Assembly (NCBI GenBank): GCA_046540855.1
Contig: JBKHEJ010000001.1
Coordinates: 6,099-70,098, forward strand
Reading direction: 5' to 3'
Source of the DNA: Nitriliruptoraceae bacterium
GTDB lineage: Bacteria; Actinomycetota; Nitriliruptoria; Nitriliruptorales; Nitriliruptoraceae
Length of the DNA stretch: 64,000 nucleotides
Made by a program: the position numbers and the translations under genes. Positions 61,874-64,000 of the stretch are shown here, piece by piece. The notes under the pieces are model-generated. The model saw only the letters and a list, made by a program, of their open reading frames with translations, searched no databases and was not told where the DNA came from. Position 1 is the first letter of the stretch. Each line of letters begins with the position of its first letter.

Positions 61874-61887
61874 CGAGCGAGTGTTCG
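61874..61887. promoter_or_regulatory. operator-like palindrome site 17 (CGAGCGAGTGTTCG)
   Basis: 2 mismatches to the consensus; 74 nt upstream of the E1 alpha start. Confidence 0.45.
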
Positions 61888-61960
61888 GGCCACCCCAGGC
61901 TCGTCGCTCCGCCCCGCAACTGCCGCACCGACCGATCCCGGCATCACCCTAGGAGCCCCC

Positions 61961-63007
61961 GTGGAACCGAAGCGGATCCTCGACGTCGACGGCACGCTGG
62001 TCGGCGAGCTCCCCGACAGCCTGGACGACGCCACCCTGCACGGGATGATGCGGCTGATGCTGGTCGGTCGGCGCCTGGACCAGAAGGCGATCGCGCTGCA
62101 GCGGCGTGGCAAGCTCGGCACCTACGCGCCGCTGTCCGGCCAGGAAGCAGCCTCGGTCGGTAGCTCCTTCGCGCTGGACACGAGCGTCGACCGGCTCGTG
62201 CCGCAGTACCGCGAGCAGCTCGCGATGCTGCACTGGGGGCTGCCGCTGGGCACCTACCTGCTCCAGCGGTACGGCCACCCCAAGGGCGCTCGACTGCCCG
62301 AGCACGGACGCCTCTACCCGCAGCAGGTGGCGCTCGCGGCGCACGCGCCGCACGCGGTCGGGCTGGCCTGGGGGCTGAAGCTGCGTGGCGAGCAGGCCGT
62401 GGCGATCTGCCACTTCGGTGACGGTGCCAGCTCCGAGGGGGACGCCCACGAGGCCATGAACCTCGCCGGGGTGACGAAGGCGCCCGTGATCTTCGTCGTC
62501 CAGAACAACAACTGGGCCATCTCGGTCCCGCTCAAGCTGCAGACCGCCGGGGTCATCGCCGCGCGCGCGGCGGGCGTGGGCATCGCCGGGGAGCGCGTCG
62601 ACGGCAACGACGTCCTGGCGATGTTCGCGGCGACCCGCCGGGCACGCGAGCGAGCGCTCGCCGGCGACGGTGCCACGCTGCTCGAGGCCGTGACCTACCG
62701 CCTCGGCGCCCACACCACCGCCGACGATCCCACCAAGTACCTCGAACCCGGCGAACTCGAGGAGGCGCGCACCCGCGATCCGATCGAGCGCTTCCGGAGG
62801 TGGCTGACCTCCGAGAAGCTCTGGGACGAGGACCGTGAGGCCGCGGTGCTCGCCGAGATCGACGAGCTGATCGAGGAGGCCACCCACGACTTCGATGCCG
62901 CCGGCCCGGTCGACAAGGCGGCGATGTTCGACCAGGTGTTCGCCGAGGAGCCGGCGCGTCTGACCCGTCAGCGGCTCGCGTACGAGGCCGAGTGGAAGGG
63001 CGCCTGA
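61961..63007 (+). CDS. thiamine-diphosphate-dependent 2-oxoacid dehydrogenase E1 alpha subunit (pyruvate/branched-chain type)
   Basis: GTG 61961 after AGGAG. ...GDGASSEGDAHEAMNLAGV...VVQNNNWAIS... 348 aa. Confidence 0.9.
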   Translation: MEPKRILDVDGTLVGELPDSLDDATLHGMMRLMLVGRRLDQKAIALQRRGKLGTYAPLSGQEAASVGSSFALDTSVDRLVPQYREQLAMLHWGLPLGTYLLQRYGHPKGARLPEHGRLYPQQVALAAHAPHAVGLAWGLKLRGEQAVAICHFGDGASSEGDAHEAMNLAGVTKAPVIFVVQNNNWAISVPLKLQTAGVIAARAAGVGIAGERVDGNDVLAMFAATRRARERALAGDGATLLEAVTYRLGAHTTADDPTKYLEPGELEEARTRDPIERFRRWLTSEKLWDEDREAAVLAEIDELIEEATHDFDAAGPVDKAAMFDQVFAEEPARLTRQRLAYEAEWKGA

Positions 63008-63984
63008 TGCCGACCATGAGCATGATCGAGGCGATCCGCGCCGCCCTCCACGACGAGATGGCCTCCGACGAGCGCGTCATGGTGCTCGGCGAGGACGTCG
63101 GCAAGCAGGGCGGGGTGTTCCGCGCGACGGAGGGCCTGCAGGCCGCCTTCGGCATCGAGCGCGTCGTGGACACCCCGGTGTCGGAGGCGGCCATCGTCGG
63201 CGCCTCGATCGGGCTGGCCACCGCCGGGATGGTCCCCGTGGCCGAGCTGCAGTTCCTCGGCTTCGCCCACCAGGCCTTCCACCAGATCGGCTTCCAGCTC
63301 GGCCGCTTCCGGTACCGGACGCTCGGTCGGTTCCCGGTGCAGGTCACGATCCGCGCGCCCTACGGCGGTGGGGTCCACGCGCCGGAGCTGCACTCCGACG
63401 CCTTCGAGGCGATGCTCGCCAACGCGCCCGGCATCAAGATCGTCGCCCCCTCCACGGCCGCCGACGCCAAGGGGCTGCTCACCGCGGCCATCCGGGATCC
63501 CGACCCGGTCATCTTCCTCGAGGGGCTGAAGGGCTACCGGCTCGTGCGCGACGAGGTCCCCGACGGCGACCACACCGTCCCCATCGGCCGGGCCCGCGTC
63601 GCGCGGGCCGGAACCGACGTCACGATCCTCGCGTGGAGCTACCAGGTGGTCAACGCGCTCGAAGCCGCTGATCGCGCGGCTGAGGAGGGCATCAGCGTCG
63701 AGGTGGTGGACGTCCGCTCGCTCGTGCCGCTGGACGAGGAGACGATCGCCACCTCGGTGTCACGCACGGGGCGGTGCATCACCGTGGAGGAGGCGCCCCG
63801 GACCGCAGGGTTCGGTGCGGAGCTGGTCGCCACCGTGCAGGAGCTGTGCTTCCTCGACCTCGAGGCGCCGATCGTCCGCCTGTCCGGGTTCGACACCCCC
63901 TACCCGATGCCGCTGATCGAGAACGACTACATCCCCGGCCCGGACCGCATCCTCGAGGCCATCCGGCGCACGGTCGAGTTCTAG
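63007..63984 (+). CDS. 2-oxoacid dehydrogenase E1 beta subunit
   Basis: ATG 63007 shares one nt with the upstream stop (TGATG). MPTMSMIEAIRAALHDEMASDERVMVLGEDVGKQGGVFRAT...DTPVSEAAIVG. A further gene appears to start at GTG 63994 after AGGAG (likely E2), too short to call. Confidence 0.9.
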   Translation: MPTMSMIEAIRAALHDEMASDERVMVLGEDVGKQGGVFRATEGLQAAFGIERVVDTPVSEAAIVGASIGLATAGMVPVAELQFLGFAHQAFHQIGFQLGRFRYRTLGRFPVQVTIRAPYGGGVHAPELHSDAFEAMLANAPGIKIVAPSTAADAKGLLTAAIRDPDPVIFLEGLKGYRLVRDEVPDGDHTVPIGRARVARAGTDVTILAWSYQVVNALEAADRAAEEGISVEVVDVRSLVPLDEETIATSVSRTGRCITVEEAPRTAGFGAELVATVQELCFLDLEAPIVRLSGFDTPYPMPLIENDYIPGPDRILEAIRRTVEF

Positions 63985-64000
63985 GAGCGCGACGTGGTGA

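Noticed and set aside
1-64000. Search for mobile elements, integrases, toxin-antitoxin or defence genes, CRISPR arrays, tRNA/rRNA genes and secondary-metabolite genes
   Set aside because: I recognised none in any frame. The only repeats are the BNR tandem block and the carboxylase/BCCP/peptidase relics. Absence is based on reading the translations, not on HMM searches.

Overview
High-GC (roughly 70 percent by eye) actinobacterial-type chromosomal segment, densely coding (about 57 CDS, many joined by ATGA/GTGA/TGATG start-stop overlaps). I found no rRNA, tRNA, CRISPR, transposase, integrase, recognisable defence system or biosynthetic cluster. Layout: (i) 1-10.6 kb is an acyl-CoA module resembling Atu/Liu clusters: thiolase, CoA-transferase, AtuA-like DUF1446 plus DUF4387, crotonase, OYE reductase, TetR, MaoC dehydratase, acyl-CoA carboxylase carboxyltransferase, stand-alone biotin carboxylase and a 69-aa BCCP. 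(ii) 11-39 kb is a peptide uptake and hydrolysis block: DUF885, amidohydrolase, two orphan family-5 binding lipoproteins, M20 peptidase, two GGT paralogs, a PPOX-like protein, two tandem about 1060-aa BNR/Asp-box proteins and two incomplete Dpp/Opp-type ABC operons. (iii) 39.8-61 kb holds an S9 peptidase, four luciferase-like (LLM) oxidoreductases, an EthD protein, a second amidohydrolase, a complete Dpp-type ABC system, RidA, an M24 peptidase, a second DUF885, and a cupin-CMD-CMD-EamA operon. (iv) 61-64 kb holds bioY and 2-oxoacid dehydrogenase E1 alpha/beta. Main observations: a CGAACG-N2-CGTTCG palindrome recurs in 17 promoter regions (dense, unassigned regulon); the two BNR genes share a 2218-bp block that appears base-identical while their 3-prime thirds are diverged; a carboxylase-BCCP-peptidase unit occurs twice in direct orientation, each copy having decayed in the complementary half, bracketing about 28.6 kb. 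Long antisense ORFs in the track are GC artefacts. Functional calls rest on my recognition of motifs in the translations, not on database searches.
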